Assembly: GCF_018977255.1 (NCBI RefSeq)
Contig: NW_024704742.1
Location: forward strand, 101,682,001-101,746,000
Origin: Callorhinchus milii
Taxonomy: Eukaryota
Reading direction: 5' to 3'
DNA length: 64,000 bases
Of this stretch, positions 26,135-37,840 are shown one piece after another. The position numbers and the translations under genes are program-made. Numbering within the stretch: position 1 is the stretch's first letter; each line of letters starts with the position of its first letter. A model generated the notes under the pieces. It made no database searches. It was not told where the DNA came from and was given only the letters and a program-made list of their open reading frames with translations.

Positions 26135-26388
26135 TGCTTCCACCCTCTGGAACTCCATCCTGGAATCCATTTGTCTCACCCCCTTCCCTTGCCACCTTTA
26201 AGGCCCATTTCAAGATCGACCTTTTGGACCGTGCCTTGGTCATCCTCCCACCTGCACCCCCCCTTGCCCACCACCCCTCTTGATTCCAATTCCCCCACTC
26301 AGATGTAAACTCTTGACTGTTCAGTGGCCTTGGGATGTCCTCCCAATGTGAAAGGCCCTATATAAATGCAGTTTGTTATTGTTGTTGT
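26135..26388 (+). mobile_element. L2 3' fragment
   Basis: ctctggaactccatcc...gggatgtcctcccaatgtgaaaggccctatataaatgc. Confidence 0.78.
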
Positions 26389-26688
26389 ACATACATGCCA
26401 CCCATTCAGAAGAGATCTGGCACATCCCATTGCTGATGAGGGATAAGTGAAATGTTCATGTTCATCTATCTAAAAATTAAATTGCATAATCCGCACTGTA
26501 TTTTGCCAGTAAAACTATTTCATTGGAATTTGGTGCCCGGTGGATCAGAAACAGTAGGGAATTCAAGATTTACCATGGTATTTACTAATCTTTTTGCAAA
26601 GCTTGAAGTTAGACCCTATTCCCCTTGTTCCATTATTGGACTTTAATCACAAAGGAATTTTAAAATCATTGCCTACATATACCACACA

Positions 26689-27283
26689 AAACAACAACAA
26701 CAAGATTTAATTTATAGAGCGCCTTTCACGTCGGGAGGATGTCCCAAGGTGCTGGACAGTTGGGTCAGGACCCGAGCAGGGGGGAAATGGTCAGGGTGAT
26801 GGGAGTGAAGGGAGGAAGCGAGGACGGGGTAGAGAGTCGAGAGGGGAGCTGAAGGCACGGTCAAAGAGAAAGGTCTTGAGACCGGCCTTGAAGGAGGAAA
26901 GGGAGGAGGCGGCGAAGGCACTGGGGGATGGAGTTCCAGAGCCTGGGGGCTGAGAGGCTGAAGGCCCGGCCAACGATGTTAGGGCGGTTGGGGCGGGGGA
27001 TGTGGAGCAGACCGGAGCCAGAGGAACGGAGGGTACGGGCAGGTAGGTAGGGGGATAGTAGGTCGGAGAGGTAGGAGGAAGCAAGGCCATGAATGGCCTT
27101 ATAGGTGAGGATGAGGATCTTGAATTCGATCCTCTGGGGGATGGGAAGCCAGTGGAGGCGAGCGAGGGTGGGAGTGATGTGGTCGTGAAGCCTGGTGCGG
27201 GACAGTACACGAGCTGCAGAGTTCTGAATGACCTGCAGCTTGTGGAGGGAGGTGCCGGGAAGGCCGGCGAAGAGAGACTCGTT
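26689..27283 (-). mobile_element. Young L2 3' fragment
   Basis: LHKLQVIQNSAARVL...HITPTLARLHWLP...; near-identical to 6334-6778. Confidence 0.9.
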
Positions 27284-28879
27284 CACAAACTGTGGTGACT
27301 GGGTATCAAGGGCATGGACATGGATTCAGAATTGGTTGAAGGGAAGGAGGCAGAGAGTCATTGTTAAGCCAAAATGGGGGAAGAATTAAGTGTAGTCCCT
27401 CAATGATAACAACTTGCATTTAAATAGCATCCTTGATTCTTGTAACATCTTGGAGGACTAAAAAACCTCTTAGGGGTTTGTAATGGATCCCTTCCTGTTC
27501 CTTGAAAACATTAATTCATACTGGATTCACAGATGCAATCTATAGTTGAATTTGCAGATGAGACTACGTTAGGGGGATATGTGGCACCAAAGATCTTACA
27601 AAGGGTACACCACCAACCAACACTGAATTGGAGTGTCAGCCTAGACTATGAGTTTGCACCCCTGACGTTGGGCTTCGACTCACAACCTTCAGACTCAAAG
27701 GCGAGCCAGGCTGACACATAATTTTGAAGAGAGATGCCCGTGGACGTAAACAAGTGTCAGGGACCAAAAGTAGCAAGCAGAACCCAAAAGATGGAACCTC
27801 ATGGAGCAGATCCTATGATGTTTAACATACTCAGAAAGGAGGACCTTTTATTTCTTCTCTAATACCACTGGTTTTACACATACTTTCCCAGAGAAGGCTG
27901 TGTCCATCTCCACCTAATGTAAGAACAGCTGAGATACCCATAGCATGAAGTTCACTTACGGACCTCAAGTTCCAGAAAGGAATGATTAGTGGTAGGGGGC
28001 TTCTGCAGCGAAAATGATGGCACTTACTTCGAACCTCTGGTACGAGGCAATGTTTTTCATTTCTCAATCTTCAACAAGTAGAACATATCCAGTTAAATTA
28101 AATCTTTGTGGAACATTCTTTTAATGTAAAATCAAGTCTGATTTAACACTGGATCAATCATTTATAAAACTATGTAAGAATGTCAGGAATCACTGACATT
28201 CTAGAAAATTTAAAAAAAGATAAATTATTTAATTTAAGCTCAACTAGTTTCACTTTTAATCAAAGGCAGCACTGAAGTCTGTGACTTCACTTTTCCTAAA
28301 AATCTTGTGGTTTTCATACCGTGGGGGCAACAACAAAACCCAGTTCTCAGCACTGTGAACAGAAAACAACTTCACACACACACACATGTGCATGAGTACT
28401 GCCGGTCTGCCTCTATGTTTCTTCTGATATGGAAGAGCAGATTGAACAGTCAGAAAACAAGATGAAAAGCAAGCCATTGTGTTCCCAAACTTTTAAACGC
28501 CTCTGTTGAAAAAGCCAAGTTAAAAAGCAGATTACACAGTGTTCTGGCACAATAGAAAGCACAGAATAAAGGACTGAATTCTGTAAGCATATCTCAAACC
28601 CATTTATAGAGTTCACTAGCATCAGAGGCACCACTTGATTACTTTTATTTTGCAGTTTTTCAGTATCTTCTCCATGGTTGCATTGTTCAGCAACACAAAT
28701 TCATCATTTAAATAAACTTCTGCCAACTTCTTAACTATTCTTGCGGATTTCCTGTAAATCAAAGGAATTACTTGTATCTGCTATAATTCCTCTTAACTTA
28801 ACAAACCCATATACAGTCATGTCCTGTGTCCCTTTCGCAACTCAGAAGTATGCAGTCATAGTGCATAGGCAGTACTGAA

Positions 28880-29172
28880 CAACTTTTAGATGAATAGGCA
28901 AACTGAGGCCTGTCAGTCTATTCGGGTTGATGTTAAAGATCCCATGACACTATTTAAAAAGAGGAGTTTTTCCCAGTGTCCTGGCCAACAATCCCCTAAT
29001 AAAATTGGTCATTCACTTCATGGCTCTTTGTTAGATATTACTGTGTGTGAATCGGCTGCTGTGATTCCCTAATTAAAAAACAGTTAGTGCACTTCATAGT
29101 AAATCCTCTGAAGTACTTTGGACACCTTTCCGACATGAAAGGCTCGATAACAAATGCAAGTATTATTATTGT
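28880..29172 (+). mobile_element. Old SacSINE1-like DeuSINE fragment
   Basis: gatgttaaagatcccatgacactatt...tail. Confidence 0.72.
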
Positions 29173-31057
29173 TATCCTAAAATCATAGAAATAACAGCAC
29201 AAATAGGTCATTCGGTCCATTGAGCCCAAACTGGTAAGTTCTAGTTTGTGCACTGGATATAACTGCTCTGATCCTAACTCCCTTCTCTTTCGTGGTGCTC
29301 TTTTCTATTCTTCCTCTTCGAACACTTATCCATCCTCTTTATTCCACAAATTACCAAGAAAAATAAAGAAAAACAATTCACTGAAAGTCCTGTCTGGCTG
29401 GTTGTTATTGGATTTTTTTTAATTTTAAAAGACTTTACAGAGCATTAAAAAGATTATCGTGTTACACAGCAACATTAGCTGAGTAAGAAAAGACTCAGTT
29501 GTTTTGTTAAATGCATCAAAAGATCTACACGAGTTCCTGAAAATAAATAGCCAGATTGTCAGAACACTTATATCTGAAAGGCTTTCTTATTTGTATTACT
29601 TTCACTGTACTCCATTTAAATACCAGCTGTAGGCATAACCCTTTTCCAGAGTTACAGGAAAAAAAGGCACTAAAACAAAAGACCTTTCATTTGGAACACT
29701 GCCATCACGACTCCAGGCTCGTAATACCAATCTCAAGTCTGACTCTTACTTAGCAGTGGCTACATAGGCACTTATTTTACCAACTGATCACAGACAATAA
29801 AATGTTCAAATGATTCCTGTGCAGAATCCAGCTCCCTTCACAACTATACCCGCTTATCCCCCTCCATGCACACATACTCACACACAGAAAAGCTGCCTCT
29901 CTATTAATTTCAGGTACTGTGGCTTAGCAGCAATAAATTTATCAGAAACAATTTCTTCTTTAAACCCTTTTGGTGCAGCCTATTTAAAGCAGAGAGGACA
30001 TACCTTCTTTTGGTTCATCGGTCTCCAATCCCATTGTCGAACTGATATTACACTCAGTTGAGATATTCGCCATATCAACCTTGCAAGCTTGCTGCTATCA
30101 CATCAATCTTTACATGTACACTCAGAGGAACAACTAAAATGACCAAAAGAAAATTCCTTTAACCAGTTTCTAAGGAAGTGGGCAAAGATGCAATGTTGCC
30201 TCAGTTATGTACGTCTGCTTCACTTCATGATTTTAAGCAATCATCCCTCCCTCTAACTCACACAGGGTGGAGTCAACTTGTCTCCTTTCCAAGTCCCCTT
30301 TCCAGCGAGCGATAAGACCGACAACTGTACAACAGAGGCCAGCAGGGGTATATACCAGTCATTGCTTTCCTTTAACAGTTCTCCTATTGCAGTACAAGAT
30401 TCCAGGCGTCTGCAGTCACCAGGGGCAGGACTAGGGGAAATAAATCGCATTCTTTTACAGCTAACTCAAACCACACCTATAACCACCACAAACTATTTGG
30501 AAGGTATGCTGTGACTCCAGAGCACAGGAGCGTTCTCACACTGAATCAGGAAGATCTTGAGAACTAAAGCGCGGTTGGTTTTGTTGGCTTTAACATCCCA
30601 GAGGTTTTACTACAGAATGGTTACCAGTCCAAGATTTTTTTAAAAACAATACCTTAAACTATCTGCCCCAAATAGCATATTGTGGACATGCAGGAAAATA
30701 AAACGAAACACTGTCATATTTTCATCAGGGGAAAGGAGGGGTAAAAACGGTTGACTAGTAAAATAGCTCTTTTTTTAAGATCACTTACATCCTTAAAACT
30801 GAGGCTTCACTGTTGTAGCAGATTTGCAAAGTTCACAAAATCTAAATACCATAGTATTAATACAATCATACAATCACAAAATTCAGAGAAGTACGCCACG
30901 AATAAGCTTCAAACAGACAAATTCCTCAATAGAAAATTGAACATAACAAGTTTTTATGAATTGAAAAAAATGAAAGTTAGGATCTAAATGCCATGGACCA
31001 GTTGTTGAGTTTTCAGTAAGTTAGCCAGCGGCTATCATTACATTGATTACATTACAT

Positions 31058-31330
31058 TACCGTAGTGTAGTAGTTAGCACGTTTGCCTCACAAGCGAGAG
31101 GACCCGGGTTCGTTTCCTGGGTGGGACGGGGCGAAACCTTAAGCAAGTTTCCTTATTCCACATGCCTCTGTTTACATAGCAGTAAATGGGAACCTGGTTG
31201 TTAGTCGATTGGTGCTTCACTTTCCGGGGGTAATAATTTCTCCAAAGAAAAAATTATAATTTGATCACTCAATCTACGACTGTTTGTGGGGCACTACTAT
31301 GCACTATGCCTGCCGCGTTTTATTATTATT
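31058..31330 (+). mobile_element. Long-form SINE with tRNA-Val-like head and extra central segment
   Basis: ccgtagtgtagtagttagcacgtttgcctcacaagcgagaggacccgggttcg head, then cctctgtttacatagcagtaaatgggaac segment, then Deu-like region. Confidence 0.82.
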
Positions 31331-33470
31331 GTAATGATAAACATTAACCATTGACAGACCTTCAAGATAACTTATCAAAGCTCCACTTATTTTGGTACTA
31401 AATTAGCAAGTGGTTCAGCATGGATTCTGATTCATGGCACACACTTATTTGAGGACTTTTCAGGTTTTGTGAGGGACAAGAACAGGAATTAAAGGATTCA
31501 AGAAAAAAGAACTGCTATTGTACAAAAAAGACTTTGGAATTACAGACCTGGGAAAGATTTCTGGAGAAAAACAGGAGAAATTAAAATAACCTACAGAATA
31601 CCAGCTTTAATTTTTAGACTGAGTTAAGAATGTAGTATGACTCGCTGCAAATCATAGGTAGCAAATCATACTAAATCATTAGTAGCTTCTTTATTTGTCA
31701 ATCCAAACTCTCAGGAATCCACCACTCTGAAACACCTATTTTTTCCCACTCCCAGTATCCCTTTATACGTCCTGCCTGTCCTCTTATCGGCCCTTTGTTA
31801 ATTGTCCATTTACTCTTAAATGAGTATCCAACAAAGAATTATCAAATTCTACATTCTCTGAAATGCTGCAATTTTTTTCCCCAGCAACACAGGGTTTCAA
31901 GTCAATGCAAAAATTATTGATAACTAAATCTAAATCAGACTGAATCCTTATCCTCTTTGCCATCCTTTAAAGATTGTCGCTGGCAAGTACCAGAGAGCGA
32001 TACTTTGAATGACGCTGTGATTTCCGGTATCAAACTTAATCACTCAATAGGACAACCAGACAAGATAACTCAGCAATATCATTCTGAAGGTCAAACATTA
32101 TGTCTTCCTATGACTCTGACTGACGAAAGTGAGAAATTCTACTTTGTTTTAGCATCATGTACCCTGCAGTGTAATAGAATAATTTGTGATTTTTGCGTAA
32201 TAAATTCTATGTGTGAATTTCATGAGGGTTTTAGAAATTTAGTCCAGGAGAGAAAATGTCCCATTAAAAAAAAACTATTAAAATGTGGTCCATACACCTA
32301 CCAGCGCAACAGAGAGCCATACAGCACACCACTGACACTTATATTAGCCGCAAGAACTAGTCATCAGGGCTGCTCCATAACATACTCAGCAAGGTGACTC
32401 CCTACCACAATACATTACTCATACCTTGCTGTGTGTACCATATACAGGGGAACCAACAAGTGAATGTTTGAGATTGTGTTGCAATGAAAATGCTGCAATA
32501 ACTATAGAATTAAAAAAATAAGCACCTCACTGTGGAAATCTTAGGAAAGATTCAGACTATCGTTACAGCTGAACTGCTGTAGAGGAAATCCTGATGATAG
32601 GAGCCGGAAAGCCACAACTGTAATGTTCTACAAGAGGATGTTGAACTTGCCTCTTGTATCTGCAGCTCTGAGCTATACAGGCAAAACTTTGCTGAAAACT
32701 GGCCTCTCGACTCATTTGAAAACTATTAACTCTGTAGATTACCTTTACTCATTTTCTGACAAGAATTATTCATTGAAATAAATTTGTGGCAGACAAATAC
32801 AGCAACCTCCTCCCTAAAATCTAAGTAGGTCAGTGAACAAGTGAATTCGAATTTTCTATCCCACGTGGGTTTTGATCATTTGTTACACCCAACTGTTCCA
32901 GTTTTTTCTCTTCATCCAACATTACTTTGCAAGGTAAGGTGAATGAGATAGCTTCAGAGGAGGAGCTAGTACCATCACAGACACAATTGGCTTCCTTTTT
33001 CTGCTATAAACAGTCCATGAGCCTATAATACTGGTCGCTCCTTCCCAAATGATGTAACACTTTGTCAATGACCTTACCAGCAGCCTCCCTGCAAATGGGA
33101 GGGGTAGGGAAATAATCTAATAAAGCCTTTCTGAAAGTAGAGTAAAAATCTCAAGAAAGTGAAGACGGTAGTAGATTGACAAAACACTTTAATCCAGATT
33201 TCACTACACCTTTCAGTTGGATGAGCAGTACTCCAGTAGATACATTTTATCCTGTCAATGAAATAGAGTAAGAGTAAGAGTAAGGCTGCAGATTGGAACA
33301 CAGAGCAGTGGCTGTACAAATTGATGTGTGTTTGATGTCAAGGAACGACATTGCAGGTTAGAACTTCTGCTTCACTTTTGCAGGTTTGTGAAGACAGAAA
33401 AAGGTCCTATTCTAAAGCCTCAACCATTCTATATCCAGCCACCAGGAGGTGTACAATGTCCCTTTTTGTG

Positions 33471-33492
33471 CACACACACACACACACACACA
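33471..33492. repeat. (CA)n microsatellite
   Basis: About 11 CA units. Confidence 0.9.
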
Positions 33493-33880
33493 GATAGTAC
33501 AGAAGCAATCTGGTGAAACTTTGGTATATGATGTGATGATTATCAATTCAATGTAAAGAAAGCATTGTATTTTTACAGTATAATACAATACCTGAGTGAG
33601 AGGGTTTAGTTAATTGGAGAAAATTGAAAAGTTGAGACTGTTTTTATTGGAGTGGAGAAGATCTTACAGGTTTCAAAGTTATGAACGTTTGGTTAAGATA
33701 GAATAAATTTAAAAAGGCTTTTACCATTAATTGGTGAGTCAAATAGCTTCCTTTTGTCCTATGAACATAGCAATAGATACAGTGCCCTTCATGGGGTAGT
33801 ATCTCGGGGGGGTTAACAGCAGTGTGGCTTGACATTGAGCTGGAAAACGATTTGTGGCAGACAAATACAGCAACCTCCTC

Positions 33881-34275
33881 TTTGACCGAAGGCACGGTCA
33901 AAGAGGAAAGTCTTCAGGTGTGATATGAAGAAAGGCAATGAGGAGAAAAAAAGGAGAATGAGGCAAGGGGTTACAGATATTCAACGCATAGTGGCTAAGA
34001 GCACAGCTGCCAAATGTGGAGCAGAGGGGATGAGGAAAGTATAGAAGATCCAAGCCAGTTAAGCAAAGACAGCAGATAATGGAGTGGGGTCTGAACAGAT
34101 CTGAGAGGCAGGAAGGTGCCAGGGCATGAAATGATTTGAAGGTAAAACCGAGGTTGTGACCAGATTTGGTGAGTCTGAGGGATAAGCAGGGAAAGTTCAG
34201 GAGTTCAGAAACACAGGTGACAAGACATTGAGCCAAGGAGGGTGGCTTCCGTCATGTCCATGTTCAGCTGCACAA
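33881..34275 (-). mobile_element. Old L2 fragment
   Basis: TFKSFHALAPSCLSDL; gaccgaaggcacggtcaaagag. Confidence 0.7.
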
Positions 34276-35389
34276 AGTCAGGATTCATGCGCTACATTTA
34301 AGATCACAAAAGAGTTCTTAAATTGAGAAAGATAACCAGGATAAACTGGATTATTTTTTAAACAGAAGATATTTCGAAAACAGAATACTCTACCTAAAAA
34401 GTCAACTGCAGGGGTATGGGGAAAGGGCAGATAAATGGGAGTGAAAGGATTGTTCTTAAAAGAGCCAGCGAGGACAAGATGGGCCAATTTGCCTTCTTTT
34501 GTGCTGTAAATTGTTATGGTTCTACCACAATTGGCTGCTGAAGCCGAACCCATAATACAATTAAGAAGGTTAATGGCAAAAGGACTGGACAAATGGGAAT
34601 AGAGGAGATATCTCTAATGGAGGAGTTACACCAAACTCAGAAATGATGGACTAAATGGCTTCTTTCTGTGTTGTACATAATGTGTGATTCTATTCTACAA
34701 AGATAGATTTTTTAAAATAATTTATAGGAATTGGCCCATCATTTGTGGAAAAGTTTTAAGGTGTGGTCCGCAAAAGCTGTGCCCTTTTGACATAGAACGG
34801 TGTGTTTTAACAAGTTTTTAAAAGAATGTTATTTGGGAGTTACCGAGTTGAAGAACTCAGTGGTGGACAAAGGAACAGCTTGGATACTGAAGGTGTTTTC
34901 TACATCTGGAACTTTAGTAAAGCATCTTCTTGGTGGAGTGCGTGAACGATAACAGTGCAGAATCTGGTTACACTGTAACTTCACTTAACCCTTGATTCTC
35001 TGCCCTACTAATAAGGAATGTTAGAGGATGAGGTGCCCCCAGGCTTTTCATCAGCAATTAAGCCAGTTATTGAATTTTAGTTGGTAGGTGTTTTGGAAAT
35101 GGTCAAATTCCTTGCTCCTTATTAAGCCACGTTTAAAAGGCCAAATTTGCAATAACATATCCGCGGGCCATTACTCAAGATGGTTTCAAGGGATTTGTTT
35201 GCAAATGTTAGAGAAAAAAATACTACAAAATATTTCATTTTGTTTCCAACTATACTATTACGACTTTCCATTAGTACCATTCACCTTAATTTTTTCAACC
35301 ACAAAGCTTTTCGAAAATCCATATACACATCCACAGAATTACCTTTGCAATTCTCTTGGTTATTTTATCAAAGGTCTCTATTACATTTG

Positions 35390-35645
35390 TAATAATAATA
35401 ATTCTTGCATTCGATATAGTGCCTCATCATGTCTTCGAGACATCTCAAAGCGCTTCACAGAATATACTGCAAAGTAATTTGACTGTACATTGTGTGGATG
35501 AAACGTGGCTGCCAATTGCACACAGAAATGTCCCACAAAGTCGTGAANTTTTTTTTGTGAAGGGATGCTTACCCCTGGAAAAGCAATCCGCCAACTGGGT
35601 TCCTAGTTACTGCTAGGTAAACAGAGGGGTGTGTAGTAGGTGACC
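35390..35645 (-). mobile_element. Long-form SINE, partial
   Basis: Tail, Deu and central segment recognisable. Confidence 0.75.
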
Positions 35646-35831
35646 AGGTGGAAGCGCGAACAAAAGCCATTTGCAAAAATGTAGTGCTGGCGGTTTGTAA
35701 GGTAGGACTCGAATCAAGCGAGTGTGTCCCACTGAGGTGGCTGATGGAGGACAGGCGGTGGAGGAGGACTGTGTCTGTATGATGGGAAGCCAATGGAGTA
35801 GGGTGAAGATAGGAGTGATAGGGTCAAGTTT

Positions 35832-36022
35832 CAAGTTTCCTTACTCCACACATCTCTGTTTACCTAGCGGTAAGTAAGAATCCGGTTGTTAGTTAATTGG
35901 TGGATCACTTTTCCGGGGGTAATAATTCCTTCAAAAAAAAAATAATAAATTGGTCACTCAATCCATGACTATTTGTGAGACACTGCTGTGTACAATTGGC
36001 TGCTGTGTTTCGCACACAAAAT
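35832..36022 (+). mobile_element. Long-form SINE, internal fragment
   Basis: caagtttccttactccacacatctctgtttacctagc...Deu. Confidence 0.78.
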
Positions 36023-36389
36023 ATGTTGTTTGTTGGGAGTGCTATTTGCAGACAAGGAAAGGTTTTCCATTCTTCCAGTGGGCAGTCTTATGGCTCTCTA
36101 AGTGGCAGAGGGTCAGAATGATGGTGCAGTTCCTCAGAGAGTCAGAGTGGAGAAACTGAAATTCTATCAGTCAACCATTGCAACATTGCTGGACTTTAGA
36201 AATTCCTGTACTTTGAAGTACAGTTAACACCACACAGAGTAATTTTGTTCATCAGTTGTTCAGTTGGTTTATGACACGCCAATGATTTTTATTACTGTCC
36301 AACCATGAAACCAGACTCCATGCTCTAGTGAGGCACAATATAAAAAAGGCTACTACTAACATAATTTCCTGTGTACAGCTATGTTCAGG

Positions 36390-37140
36390 AAGCACCAAAG
36401 GCACCACAAAAACTGTGCACTACTCAAACATCATACTGGAGGCCAACAATAACTCCAAAATCCTTTTCTCCACTGCCTACCACCTCCTCCGTGCACCCCC
36501 TCAAGCACACTCTATCATCACATCTAACGCCAAGTGCAAAGAGGTCATGGACTTCCTTACCTCTAAAATTGACAACATCCGCCTGGCTGCTTCATCACTC
36601 TGCTCCATGACGCCTACCACCACCGCCATTCCGTCACCCTCACCCACCCTGCCCTCAGCTCCTACCAGAGCCCTCATCCTACATTCATTTGCAGCCATCT
36701 CCCCTTCCTTCCTCTCATCCACCATCACCACAATGAAACCCACCATCTGCTGCCTCGACCCACTCCCCACCCAACCGATCACTCAGCTCCCCATCCTCTG
36801 CCCACCGCTGGCAGACACTATTAACCAGTCTCTCTCCTCAGAATCAGTCCCACTCGCCCTCAAACCCCAGTTATCACTCCCCCTCCTTAAAAAACCTACA
36901 CTTGATCCTTCCAACCTCGGCCACTACCAGCCGGTCTCAAACCTGCCCTTTCTTGCCAAAGCTCTGGAATGCATTGTTGACAACTAACTTCACGCAAACC
37001 TCGCCCTCCACACCCTACTCGAACCCCCCTCCAGTCCAGTTTCCGCCCTGACAACAGTACAGAGATAGCGCTCGTGAAGGTCACAAATGATATCCTCTCT
37101 ATCTGTGACCAGGGCTTCCTCTGCCTCCTCATCCTCCTGG
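36390..37140 (+). mobile_element. L2 ORF2 internal fragment
   Basis: CCLDPLPT, LKKPTLDPSNLGHYQPVSNLPFLAKALE. Confidence 0.85.
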
Positions 37141-37176
37141 ATGGACCATCACACAGAGGATCAGAGGATACAGTTA

Positions 37177-37458
37177 AACAACAACAACTTGGATTTATAT
37201 AGTGCCCTCCACGCCGGATGGCGTCTCAGAATGCTTCACAGTAACGGATCCCGGGGCCGAGCCAGGGGGAGGGGGAGGAAGGTGACCAAAGGCGCGGTCA
37301 AAAAGAAAGGTCTTCAGCCGAGACCTGAAAATGGGAAGAGAGGGGGCAAGGCGAAGGCAGTGAGGAAGAGAGTTCCAGAGCCTCGGGGCATAGTGGCTGA
37401 AGGCACAGACACCGAGGGTGGAGCGGAGGACTCGGGCGACAAGGAGGAGGCCTGACCA
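37177..37458 (-). mobile_element. L2 3' fragment, variant-tail subfamily
   Basis: APRLWNSLP...FRSRLKTFLF; (TTG)n tail. Confidence 0.85.
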
Positions 37459-37755
37459 GTTCAAGATCCTGGACCTCACTGTCAAAACCCTCCATGGCTC
37501 CGATGAGCCTTCAGGCACTCTGCCCCCATCCTCTGGAACTCCATCCCGCAATCCTTCCACCTCACCCCCTCCCTTGCCTCCTTCAAGACCTATGTCAAAA
37601 CCCTCCTCTTCGACCGTGCCTTCAATCACCCTCCTTCCCCCCCACCCTCCACCCTCCTCAATCCCAATCCCCAACTTGGGTCCAAAACACTGATTGCCCA
37701 GCACCTCCTGATGTGAAAAGTGCTATACAAATGTAATTTTGGTGTTGTTGTTGTT
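37459..37755 (+). mobile_element. L2 3' fragment
   Basis: FKILDLTVKTLHG, ctctggaactccatccc, tail and (TTG)n. Confidence 0.82.
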
Positions 37756-37840
37756 GCCCAACATTTCGCCCTGCCGGGAATTGAACCCAGGTCTCTCGCT
37801 TGTGAGATGAATGCTCTAATCACTGAGCTATAGGACTCCA
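37753..37840 (-). mobile_element. SINE tRNA head only
   Basis: Reverse complement ggagtcctatagctcagtgattagagc...gggttcaattcccggcagggcgaaatgttgggcaa. Confidence 0.8.

Noticed and set aside
26432..26460. CTGATGA...GAAA hammerhead-like strings (also 32591)
   Set aside because: No credible helix II or helix I pairing.
31957..32397. 146-aa plus-strand ORF and similar ORFs at 10962, 18902 and 35088
   Set aside because: Non-ATG starts, no motifs and no exon structure; expected by chance.
35548..35548. Single N bases (35548 and 58800)
   Set aside because: Assembly ambiguities or gap placeholders; the SINE deletion at 35548 may be an artefact.
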